A DNA stretch of 33,652 nt from a virus, in the IMG/VR virus record IMGVR_UViG_3300045988_086956, positions 1 to 33,652 of that record; one strand, given 5' to 3'. The translations under genes were made by a program, and so were the position numbers. Each line of letters begins with the position of its first letter. Position 1 is the stretch's first letter. The notes below the pieces were generated by a model that was not told the origin of the DNA, searched no databases, and saw only the letters and a list, made by a program, of their open reading frames with translations. Below are positions 1 through 7,343 of the stretch, piece by piece.

Positions 1-47
1 TACCGCCTTTCAATACCTGACTTGTCAGGAATCAACCGAATGAAAAG
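1..47. repeat. Left copy of terminal direct repeat (candidate att core)
   Basis: 47/47 identical by eye to 33606-33652. Contains the palindrome CCTGAC-TT-GTCAGG at 16-29. Truncated by the window edge. Confidence 0.85.
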
Positions 48-68
48 CCTGTAAAGTCGGGCTTTTTT
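43..68 (+). terminator. Hairpin plus T-run, possible terminator of a host gene or P-prime arm element
   Basis: AAAAGCCTG (43-51) pairs with CGGGCTTTT (58-66) with one G-U, followed by a T-run to 68. Confidence 0.4.
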
Positions 69-108
69 GATTTTATGTCAGGTTAAATCAGGCTAACTTT
101 AAAAATAT

Positions 109-130
109 TTTGGGGCGAATTTGGGGCGGA
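109..130 (+). promoter_or_regulatory. Tandem 11-bp repeats TTTGGGGCGAA TTTGGGGCGGA, candidate arm-type integrase binding sites (P-prime arm)
   Basis: The same two units occur in swapped order at 33543-33564, directly after the integrase stop. Confidence 0.55.
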
Positions 131-238
131 CTGTTTTTCCTGCCTTATTTTTTGCAAAGTATTTATTTCTATTTTCATGGCTTTTTATACAAACAATCGG
201 TCTATTATCATTGAACAATTGTTAAAATATTTTAGTTT

Positions 239-418
239 TTATGACAAAACCTCTCTTGCATAGCTATACAATTTTTCGGCAGTCAATAACGTCATTTTAT
301 CCATGCTTGTTTTACCACTTCTTAAATCAGCTACAGTTGACCACGGAATCTCTGCTCCTTTAGCAATTGAGCTTGTACTTTCATTACTTTCAAGTAGTTT
401 TTGGATTTCTTCTCTCAT
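239..418 (-). CDS. 59-aa small HTH-like protein (just below the 60-aa ORF-track cutoff)
   Basis: Hand translation: MREEIQKLLESNESTSSIAKGAEIPWSTVADLRSGKTSMDKMTLLTAEKLYSYAREVLS. The helix-turn-helix-like segment is SIAKGAEIPWSTVADLRSG. The RBS is weak. Confidence 0.4.
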   Translation of the reverse strand: MREEIQKLLESNESTSSIAKGAEIPWSTVADLRSGKTSMDKMTLLTAEKLYSYAREVLS

Positions 419-523
419 TTTGGAATTCTTTCTGATTTCATTTTCGTTTATCCTTTAGAATTGCTACAAATACAAAGAACACGAGTACGAATATTGGTAA
501 ATATTTCATTTTTTCGTTTGATA

Positions 524-532
524 TGATATAAT
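524..532 (+). promoter_or_regulatory. Extended -10 (TGATATAAT) of a predicted rightward antisense promoter
   Basis: It sits in a 15-nt block GATATGATATAATCA (520-534) that is repeated inverted at 722-736. No good -35. Confidence 0.3.
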
Positions 533-574
533 CAAAGTAGGAGCAGGGGCTTTCGCCCCCGACCTATAAGAGCC

Positions 575-706
575 TTATTTGAACCGCTTTGCTTTGCGTG
601 GCTTGCGTTCTTTTGGCTCTTTTTTTATTGCCATGATAACACTTGCAATCCCTGTCAACAGGGTTCCGGTTGCTACCATTAAATCGGCAATCTCTGAGAT
701 TTTCAT
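575..706 (-). CDS. 43-aa membrane peptide with basic C-terminal tail (type I toxin-like or moron peptide)
   Basis: MKISEIADLMVATGTLLTGIASVIMAIKKEPKERKPRKAKRFK. Strong SD AAAGGAGGAAAGAT before the ATG at 706, and a near-consensus promoter upstream. Confidence 0.5.
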   Translation of the reverse strand: MKISEIADLMVATGTLLTGIASVIMAIKKEPKERKPRKAKRFK

Positions 707-728
707 ATCTTTCCTCCTTTCTGATTAT

Positions 729-757
729 ATCATATCACGGCACGCCGTGAATGTCAA
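729..757 (-). promoter_or_regulatory. Sigma-70-type promoter TTGACA-17-TATGAT reading leftward into the 43-aa ORF
   Basis: -35 TTGACA is the reverse complement of 752-757 and -10 TATGAT of 729-734. The spacer contains the palindrome TCACGGC-nn-GCCGTGA (735-750). Confidence 0.6.
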
Positions 758-801
758 CACTTTTTACCAACTTTTTTTATTTTTTTTAAAATTTTTACAA
801 T

Positions 802-828
802 AAAAAGCCCTAGCCAAAGCTAGGGTTT
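802..828 (-). terminator. Rho-independent terminator downstream of the endolysin gene
   Basis: On the minus strand: CCCTAGC-TTTG-GCTAGGG followed by CTTTTT. Confidence 0.7.
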
Positions 829-832
829 ACTG

Positions 833-1639
833 TTATCCATAAAGCAAATGATTGACATCCCAAACCGACAGCCAGATTTGACCGCTTGCTGCAAGTGTAA
901 CGTGTCGCCAATAATAACCACCAGAGCCATAAGCTCCCTCACCGTCAGAGACAATCTTATTAGGGTTTATGACAAAATAGCTACCTACTTTTGTCTCTTG
1001 GTCGCTAATCACATTACTGTTTGCATCCACAAGGTCAATATCTGCAACATCAATGCCATTATCTGTCCAGTCAAAGTCAACTGGGCAGAGGTCATCACAA
1101 CGAACTTGCCAGATGCCATTGACAAATTGCAAGTCGTTGACTTGATAGACTTTTAATTTGTTACCCGTTTGTGGTTTAGCTGGTGTAGCCTTTGCTTGTG
1201 CATTTAAGCGGTAAACTGTTTCGCGAGGTCGTCCGTTGATTTCCCAAATTTGATTATAGTCATTTTCGGTCACGCCGTCATAGCCAAAATTACAGTGGAT
1301 CATGGTTGTAGGACTGGTCATAATCACAACATGCCCAAACGCACCTAATGAGCTTGACATATCACGAGGACCCCAAATAACCACATCACCCACCTGGGCG
1401 TCAAAAGAGCCGTCTATACCATCATAAACGCAATTGTACCCAATTGTAGGCAAGTTGCTTTTCAGCGTCTCTGTGTTGTTGTTTAGGCTCAATCCGACCG
1501 CTTTACTGACCGCACTAGAGCAATCATACTCAATTCGTCCGTCTCTGTCTGCGTCATTGCCGTAACGGTCTCCCATATCGTAATAGACTGGGATAGCTGC
1601 TAAGTTGCGCATCTCTGCAATACTAGATTCAATACTCAT
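833..1639 (-). CDS. Endolysin: N-terminal Amidase_5 (Pal-type) peptidoglycan hydrolase domain, C-terminal SH3b-like cell-wall-binding domain
   Basis: Motifs YDCSSAVSKA, GDVVIWG and GHVVIM..IHCNFGYDG, as in Pal-type phage amidases. AAGGAG RBS. Last gene of the late operon, following the holin. Confidence 0.88.
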   Translation of the reverse strand: MSIESSIAEMRNLAAIPVYYDMGDRYGNDADRDGRIEYDCSSAVSKAVGLSLNNNTETLKSNLPTIGYNCVYDGIDGSFDAQVGDVVIWGPRDMSSSLGAFGHVVIMTSPTTMIHCNFGYDGVTENDYNQIWEINGRPRETVYRLNAQAKATPAKPQTGNKLKVYQVNDLQFVNGIWQVRCDDLCPVDFDWTDNGIDVADIDLVDANSNVISDQETKVGSYFVINPNKIVSDGEGAYGSGGYYWRHVTLAASGQIWLSVWDVNHLLYG

Positions 1640-1641
1640 AT

Positions 1642-1926
1642 CTATTCTCCTTTTGTTTCTGTTTCCGTTTTGTGTGGTTCTTCATAACCAAGTGCTCGCT
1701 CTGAGTCGCTAAATCCTGCTGTGGTCGGATCGTTGATAATTCCAATCAAAACTAGTAATGCAAATAGTACGTTAATAAATACTAAAATTTTATCAATCGT
1801 AACCCCAAAATCCAGTTTAATTCCAAAGATGTCTGCTCCTGCTTGCAAAAGCAAAGCAATAGCCGGCACAAGAGCCAGCCAGAAATTCTTGTTTTTGAAA
1901 CGTACTTTCCAGTTGATTTTGTTCAT
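1642..1926 (-). CDS. Holin, phage phi-LC3 family
   Basis: MNKINWKVRFKNKNFWLALVPAI...INDPTTAGFSDSERALGYEEP matches the remembered family signature. Two TM segments. Immediately upstream of the lysin. Confidence 0.85.
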   Translation of the reverse strand: MNKINWKVRFKNKNFWLALVPAIALLLQAGADIFGIKLDFGVTIDKILVFINVLFALLVLIGIINDPTTAGFSDSERALGYEEPHKTETETKGE

Positions 1927-1927
1927 T

Positions 1928-2329
1928 TTATTTTTCCTCTCTAATTTCTAAGTTCGAAAATTTTTCGAACAGTATCTTGATAGCTCCATTGCCACCAAGT
2001 TCGACATAACTTTCAAAGAGACGGGTGAGTTCTTCTAACTCATGCTGGGTAGTCCAGCCCCGTCTCAGTGCTTTTTTTAAATTTTCCTGCAGTCGAAAAC
2101 GCTGCAACCGTTGAAGCCCTTTCTGGATTAGACTTAAATCTTGATTGTTTTTGTTTCCGATATCTTGCACACCGACAACTGCTTCTTTTAAATCACCGAT
2201 TTCTGCGGATAAAACTTGTATTTTTTTATCCGTCTCTTTACTATTTTGAGTTCCACGAAAACTAAAATAGCTTGGAATAATGACGACTAGAATTGGCGTC
2301 AATTTGTCTACAAAACTTAGTAAATCCAC
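1928..2329 (-). CDS. Membrane-anchored coiled-coil protein adjacent to the lysis cassette, function unknown
   Basis: GTG start with GAGGTGG RBS. N-terminal TM segment (LTPILVVIIPSYFSF), helical C-terminal part. Confidence 0.6.
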   Translation of the reverse strand: MDLLSFVDKLTPILVVIIPSYFSFRGTQNSKETDKKIQVLSAEIGDLKEAVVGVQDIGNKNNQDLSLIQKGLQRLQRFRLQENLKKALRRGWTTQHELEELTRLFESYVELGGNGAIKILFEKFSNLEIREEK

Positions 2330-2344
2330 ATTTGGCCACCTCGA

Positions 2345-2596
2345 TTACTTTTCCTTATTTCCAGATTCTAATTCCGAAATAATCGCATCTTCTACTTCAT
2401 AGATTTTGTTTTGAAATTCCGCTTCCTGCTTGCGAATTTCGCGACGATTCTTAGAATATAATTCCGTGTTATTAATCCACTCACTAAAAGAAGTGATTCC
2501 TTTTTCATCGATGTCTGCGGTCATTGTTTTTACAAGGGTATCATCAATCTTAATGTTGCCTACAAGTTTTCTTGTTTTTACGATTTCTAATGTCAT
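2345..2596 (-). CDS. Hypothetical phage protein
   Basis: ORF tightly packed in the late operon. No recognisable motif. Confidence 0.6.
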   Translation of the reverse strand: MTLEIVKTRKLVGNIKIDDTLVKTMTADIDEKGITSFSEWINNTELYSKNRREIRKQEAEFQNKIYEVEDAIISELESGNKEK

Positions 2597-2598
2597 AG

Positions 2599-2793
2599 TT
2601 ATTCTCCTTTTTCTTCGGCTGGCTTCGTTTGTTCTTCAAGCAGAGCTTCCAGCTCTTGCACTCGTGCCTGAAGGTTTTCGTTTTCGGCTTGCGCTTGAAT
2701 CAAGCACGCCTTAAATTCTGCTGCTTCTAGCGCTTTGTCACCGATTTGATTTTTCAAATCAGTAAACATGTAAGTGTATACGTTTTCGTTCAT
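2599..2793 (-). CDS. Hypothetical coiled-coil phage protein
   Basis: ORF tightly packed downstream of the Tal gene. Heptad-like acidic sequence. Confidence 0.6.
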   Translation of the reverse strand: MNENVYTYMFTDLKNQIGDKALEAAEFKACLIQAQAENENLQARVQELEALLEEQTKPAEEKGE

Positions 2794-2804
2794 GCGTTTC
2801 TCCT

Positions 2805-5800
2805 TTAAATAGTTAATTTACTTGGGATAGAATAAGAATATCCGTGTTCAGTTGTTTTATTATGGTGTAATAATTCTACGTTATCAATAAGCGAATTAAT
2901 TCGATTGGCAATAGATTGTAAAATTCCATGCAATGATGAATAGTAAGTCCCCGAATTTTCAAGATATAACCATACATCGCCAACTTGTAAAACAGATTCT
3001 CGGCGGTCTTGTTGCCGTCTCGGATAAATTTGCAGTTTTCCTGTTGTAGAAACTACCCAACCGTCGGCGTTTTCGTATGCTGAACTGGCAAGTCTTACAG
3101 CATCACCTACAACATCAATTGAATCAACTCCATTTCCATTCCATGCCCGAATGCCTACAAAACCACCATCATTAGAGCTTTCACTTCCCCAGCGGTTCGA
3201 ACCAATAACTGTGACCCCAACCTTTGTACCATTTGAGGAACCGGTCGCGAATTTTACAAACTGATTCGGAAAACCACCCGTTACTCGTCTTATAGCCGGA
3301 TCGTCTGTATAAAATTCCAGTGTACCGGAACTTAAATCAAAGCTGGTATTTCCGTTTAACGATTTTAAAAGGCCGCCTTTGATTTGCGTAGCGCTAAAGT
3401 CAATTGTTGACAGTTTATTGATAAACGCTTGCTTAGCTACCAAATTGTTTAACAAGGCATCATCCGCAGTCAACTTGCGAACGAGAGCATAATCTACTTT
3501 TAATTCAGCAGCTGTTACTGCGTCTGCTGCCAGAACTTCTGTCGTCACTGCTCCAGCTGCTAGATGGGCAGTTGTGATTGTATTAGCTGCTAAATTTCGT
3601 CCTGTAATAGACCCGTCCACAATCAAATCACCCGTTATGCGCATAAGCTTTGTAATGGCTTCCATGCTTTCAGGATTTTGGACAAAAAGACTGGCAATCG
3701 TCTTGCCATTAACGACCTTACCTGTCCCAAAACTAATTTGTCCAGGTGTGATATTGATATCTGTCTTTTTCACCATTTCGCCGACAGAGGATTGAAGTTT
3801 TTTAAACTCACCATCTACCGTCTGTTTGTACTCTGCTAACTTCGTGTCCGCATAATTTTGATTATTTTCTGGCGCTGGTTGATAAGCCCGTTTCATCGTG
3901 CCCTCGTATACGTCAATTTCACTAATCCACACAGTAGCGCTTATTCCATTGCTGGAACCCATATTATCAAAACGAATTGAGAATCCATCATAGTTACCGC
4001 TGTTAAACGTAACGGAAAATCGTTGTGCTTCTATAGGGGATAAACGTTGGTGGAATACATTTATTGCATCTTTCCAGACATTGTCTGTATCAGAAAGTAA
4101 GCCTACTAAAACACGAAATCCAGATACATTACCTGACATGAAACCAGTAAACGACAAAGTATATGTTGTATTTTTTTTCAACTTGTTAAATATCACATTT
4201 TGTAAATAAGCTATATTAGGTTCGTTTGTATCAATTACAAACATTGGTTTTTTGCCATTTTTATAAAAAACATGCGTACGATTAGTAAACAATTTGTCAT
4301 CTGTTCCACCCCAATAACGATCCCCAAGTTCAACCGCACCGTTCAAAACCAAATTAGGGCTACCGATATTTAGCTCTTCAAATCGTCTCGTAATTCCTCG
4401 CACATCTTCTGTGTATTGAGATTTTGCGACATAGCTTTCAGACACTTGCTTTCGCAACGCTTCTGTACTGCGTGCTGTTTCCGTGCGTGTGTATTGTTCT
4501 AGCTGCTCTCTTCGCTTGCTGTCATCTGCCACATAAGATTTGACTGCAGTCATGTCCGTGTTCAGACCTTCTGCAGTTTTTTCAAATGTAGCGCGGGCTG
4601 CGGTGATTTGTTCGTCTGTATCTTCAAGCGCTGGTTTAGGCGTTGTGGCTATGTTTCCATCCTCCAGTTGTGGATCTCGGATCCAAATAACGTCACCCGC
4701 TCTCCAGCCAAAACCATAAACAACAAAAGACCAGAACCTCTCAAATTTAACAATAAAGGCTTTTGAGACACGTTGCCATTTATCGGACAACTGGACTCCA
4801 GTTGTGATGTTTCCGCCAGCTTCAAATCCAATATTATATAACTTAATATCAGTCCGATTTGACTTAACATCAACAGACCACGTCATCTGTTTACCTTGCC
4901 ACTCTACACCGCGTAAATCCACCAGCGGCTTGTGAATACCACCATCATTACCTTTAACATTAGTGGCTTTTAACGCCCATCCACTCTTCGCGGTAGGGTC
5001 TTGCACTCGTTCAAAAGTCCATTCGGAACCTGCTATATTAAACGGCAGCAAGCCATCAAAGTCATAATGTCTGATGTAATTACGGCCGCCGACAGAAATC
5101 TGACTAATTTCTTCCCGAATTTTTCCGGCTTCCTGTTTCACTTCTGCCTTGCTAGCTTTATCGCCAAGCTGGCCAGTAATCCGTGCTATATTCTGTGTAT
5201 TGCTTTGTTCGTATGCTGTCTGCTGCGTGCTGATACCAGCCAGGTCAGATTTGACTTGTTTGATGTTAGCTTCTGTACTGCTTTGTAAATTCGTTAAATT
5301 TTGCTTGACTTTACCAATTTCAGCATTAGCATTCGCCAGACCTTGATTAAAATCTCGTTTGACTTTCTCAACGACTTCGCTTTTCGTCTGTTGTAGCTTT
5401 TGCTCGATAGACTGATTGATTTCAGACTTGACTTGTTCCGCTTTCGCTTTTGCTTGTTCAATACCATCGTTGATTAAGCTTTTCTGTTTTTCAAATTCTG
5501 CATCAAATGCTTTATCAGCATTCCTAAGAGCTCGTTCGATAGCAATTTCTTGAGCCGAATTTCCTATTTCTAATATCTCATTAGCAACAGATGATATTCC
5601 ATTAGACACTCTAGAACCGCCAACTCCCGGTTTATCATCAAACGTCAGAGAGATATACTCTTCTGTTAGAGCATTGAACTCATAAGCGATAGCTTTTTTA
5701 AAAATATCTATATTATGCTTTCTGCTCTTAAGATTGACCGTGTCACCGATGTGAACAATCTGACCGTCAAGCTCATAAGCTTCGATTTTAATAGCATCTG

Positions 5801-6617
5801 ACGATTTATCAATACCCTCGTTTTTAAATTTAGCCTCTGCCCACTGTCTCAGTTCATCAACTGTCTTAGCATTGTTATTCTCATACTCTTTTTCATTAAC
5901 GTATGGATAAGAGTTGATAAGTGGGCTGTCTACAGTGACCTTGAGAGTCGTTTCTTGCTCAGCTCCCTCTGATTTAAATGTAGACTTAGCATAGATACGG
6001 GTGGCAACATTTTGAGAATCTTTTGTTCGTTGGTACGATTTTAGATTCTTATGAGTTGTAATGATGACTCCACGGTTAGTCCCACGGTTTTTCTTCACTG
6101 TCAAGGCAAAGTTATCCCGAACCAGTTCACCTTCCCATGTACCCACAATAGAATGCTTTCCATCAAGTAAGATACTATACAACGTATCATCCTCTATAGT
6201 GTTGAAGGTTCTTTTATCCCATATATCGCTGGTAAAAGAGAAGTCTTGAATATCAGCTTTAGCATTTTGAACCATCTGAGATAGTGCCATAGCACAACCT
6301 AGATTTACAACCTTAAGTGGCTTGACAGAACGCTTCATCACATCGTCTGTAATATGATATGCCTGAATTTCCAGATGATCATTATTTTCAATCGGTTTCT
6401 TAATGCGGAAAAGCTGCGGACCTAGCACAGGTGCTGGAGCTTTTATTAACATGTCTTCCTTAATGAGCTGATAAATACCGCTATCAGTAATCGGATAGCG
6501 TACATTCAGGGTGAAGTCGCCATTCTGTTCTTCCTTGACAATGGCAGAATCGGCTTCATGAAGCGGTATGCCATTCCATTTGACAGTTTTTACATTCCTA
6601 TCTAATAAAAAAAGCAA
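2805..6617 (-). CDS. Tail-associated protein (Tal) fused to host-specificity/receptor-binding modules
   Basis: 1270 aa following Dit. N-terminal region resembles phage minor structural protein N-termini. A long coiled coil is followed by two beta-rich modules starting GGRNYI and SPNLVLNG. An Ala/Thr-rich helical segment (ANTITTAHLAAGAVTTEVLAADAVTAAEL) precedes the C-terminal head. TTG start abuts the Dit stop. Confidence 0.8.
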   Translation of the reverse strand: MLFLLDRNVKTVKWNGIPLHEADSAIVKEEQNGDFTLNVRYPITDSGIYQLIKEDMLIKAPAPVLGPQLFRIKKPIENNDHLEIQAYHITDDVMKRSVKPLKVVNLGCAMALSQMVQNAKADIQDFSFTSDIWDKRTFNTIEDDTLYSILLDGKHSIVGTWEGELVRDNFALTVKKNRGTNRGVIITTHKNLKSYQRTKDSQNVATRIYAKSTFKSEGAEQETTLKVTVDSPLINSYPYVNEKEYENNNAKTVDELRQWAEAKFKNEGIDKSSDAIKIEAYELDGQIVHIGDTVNLKSRKHNIDIFKKAIAYEFNALTEEYISLTFDDKPGVGGSRVSNGISSVANEILEIGNSAQEIAIERALRNADKAFDAEFEKQKSLINDGIEQAKAKAEQVKSEINQSIEQKLQQTKSEVVEKVKRDFNQGLANANAEIGKVKQNLTNLQSSTEANIKQVKSDLAGISTQQTAYEQSNTQNIARITGQLGDKASKAEVKQEAGKIREEISQISVGGRNYIRHYDFDGLLPFNIAGSEWTFERVQDPTAKSGWALKATNVKGNDGGIHKPLVDLRGVEWQGKQMTWSVDVKSNRTDIKLYNIGFEAGGNITTGVQLSDKWQRVSKAFIVKFERFWSFVVYGFGWRAGDVIWIRDPQLEDGNIATTPKPALEDTDEQITAARATFEKTAEGLNTDMTAVKSYVADDSKRREQLEQYTRTETARSTEALRKQVSESYVAKSQYTEDVRGITRRFEELNIGSPNLVLNGAVELGDRYWGGTDDKLFTNRTHVFYKNGKKPMFVIDTNEPNIAYLQNVIFNKLKKNTTYTLSFTGFMSGNVSGFRVLVGLLSDTDNVWKDAINVFHQRLSPIEAQRFSVTFNSGNYDGFSIRFDNMGSSNGISATVWISEIDVYEGTMKRAYQPAPENNQNYADTKLAEYKQTVDGEFKKLQSSVGEMVKKTDINITPGQISFGTGKVVNGKTIASLFVQNPESMEAITKLMRITGDLIVDGSITGRNLAANTITTAHLAAGAVTTEVLAADAVTAAELKVDYALVRKLTADDALLNNLVAKQAFINKLSTIDFSATQIKGGLLKSLNGNTSFDLSSGTLEFYTDDPAIRRVTGGFPNQFVKFATGSSNGTKVGVTVIGSNRWGSESSNDGGFVGIRAWNGNGVDSIDVVGDAVRLASSAYENADGWVVSTTGKLQIYPRRQQDRRESVLQVGDVWLYLENSGTYYSSLHGILQSIANRINSLIDNVELLHHNKTTEHGYSYSIPSKLTI

Positions 6618-7343
6618 CTATATCCACCCCCAATTCGTTTCAAATTCGATAGACTGAATACCAGGACCCAGAACTACGCCGACATTTTTATCAGTCTGAT
6701 TAGCATTCAGACTGATAAAATCTCCAGACCATTTTATAGGTTTTCCTTGTTTGTCTAAGAAGCTAGGATTTGCAGGATTATTGGTCATATAGGCCGATTC
6801 TGAGAGCATTTCAAGCCGAATGACCTGACTCCCGACCGTAAAAGTCGTCTCAGAGGCGCTCTGGCCAGTGATAATAATTTTAGGAAATGCCAATGCAGAA
6901 CCTTTCATCACCAATACGCCATTTTTAGACAATATTTGATTATCAACTTTCTTCATGTATTTAGTAGGATGACAGATGAAACGTGCTTCTAGAGAATACA
7001 CTCCAAACTTATCCTTTTCGGTATCACTGACTTTCACCTTATAGCACCACCAGCGAATGAGCTTATTTTGTTCATTCTCAAGCCAAAAATTTCTTTTAGC
7101 AAGCAGCGCACAAAAATCCAAAATTTGTTGCTCTGTAGGATTAACCATTTGAATTGTGTAGGTCTTTTCAATCGGTTCTCGATGTTCATTTGATTGCATA
7201 ATATAGCCACTGATGCCATCGTGGCTTAAAAGTTTTGTTTTAGACTCTCCGACTTGAATTTTAGGAGATTCTAAAATGATAATTTTATAAGGAAAAGACG
7301 ATGTATGTATACCGTCAATTACTAACTCATTATATTTAATCAT
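6618..7343 (-). CDS. Distal tail protein (Dit)
   Basis: 241 aa between the tape measure and Tal genes, the conserved siphovirus position. Confidence 0.75.
   Translation of the reverse strand: MIKYNELVIDGIHTSSFPYKIIILESPKIQVGESKTKLLSHDGISGYIMQSNEHREPIEKTYTIQMVNPTEQQILDFCALLAKRNFWLENEQNKLIRWWCYKVKVSDTEKDKFGVYSLEARFICHPTKYMKKVDNQILSKNGVLVMKGSALAFPKIIITGQSASETTFTVGSQVIRLEMLSESAYMTNNPANPSFLDKQGKPIKWSGDFISLNANQTDKNVGVVLGPGIQSIEFETNWGWI

Noticed and set aside
83-178. 31-aa minus-strand ORF running across the TTTGGGGCG repeats
   Set aside because: No SD precedes its ATG. It crosses the repeat units that are better explained as integrase arm sites.
579-803. 74-aa plus-strand ORF from the track
   Set aside because: It has a TTG start, no RBS and a low-complexity hydrophobic sequence. 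It is the antisense shadow of the much better supported 43-aa minus-strand ORF and its promoter. The region may be transcribed as antisense RNA but is probably not translated.
848-2714. Plus-strand track ORFs 848-1156, 1721-1951, 2068-2265 and 2430-2714
   Set aside because: These are antisense shadows inside the lysin, holin and neighbouring late genes. They have no RBS and conflict with clearly recognisable minus-strand genes.
3574-6249. Track ORFs nested in the Tal gene (3574-3795, 4649-4873, 5001-5288, 5149-5346, 6061-6249)
   Set aside because: They are out-of-frame or antisense within a continuous 1270-aa gene, and their composition is unlike real proteins.
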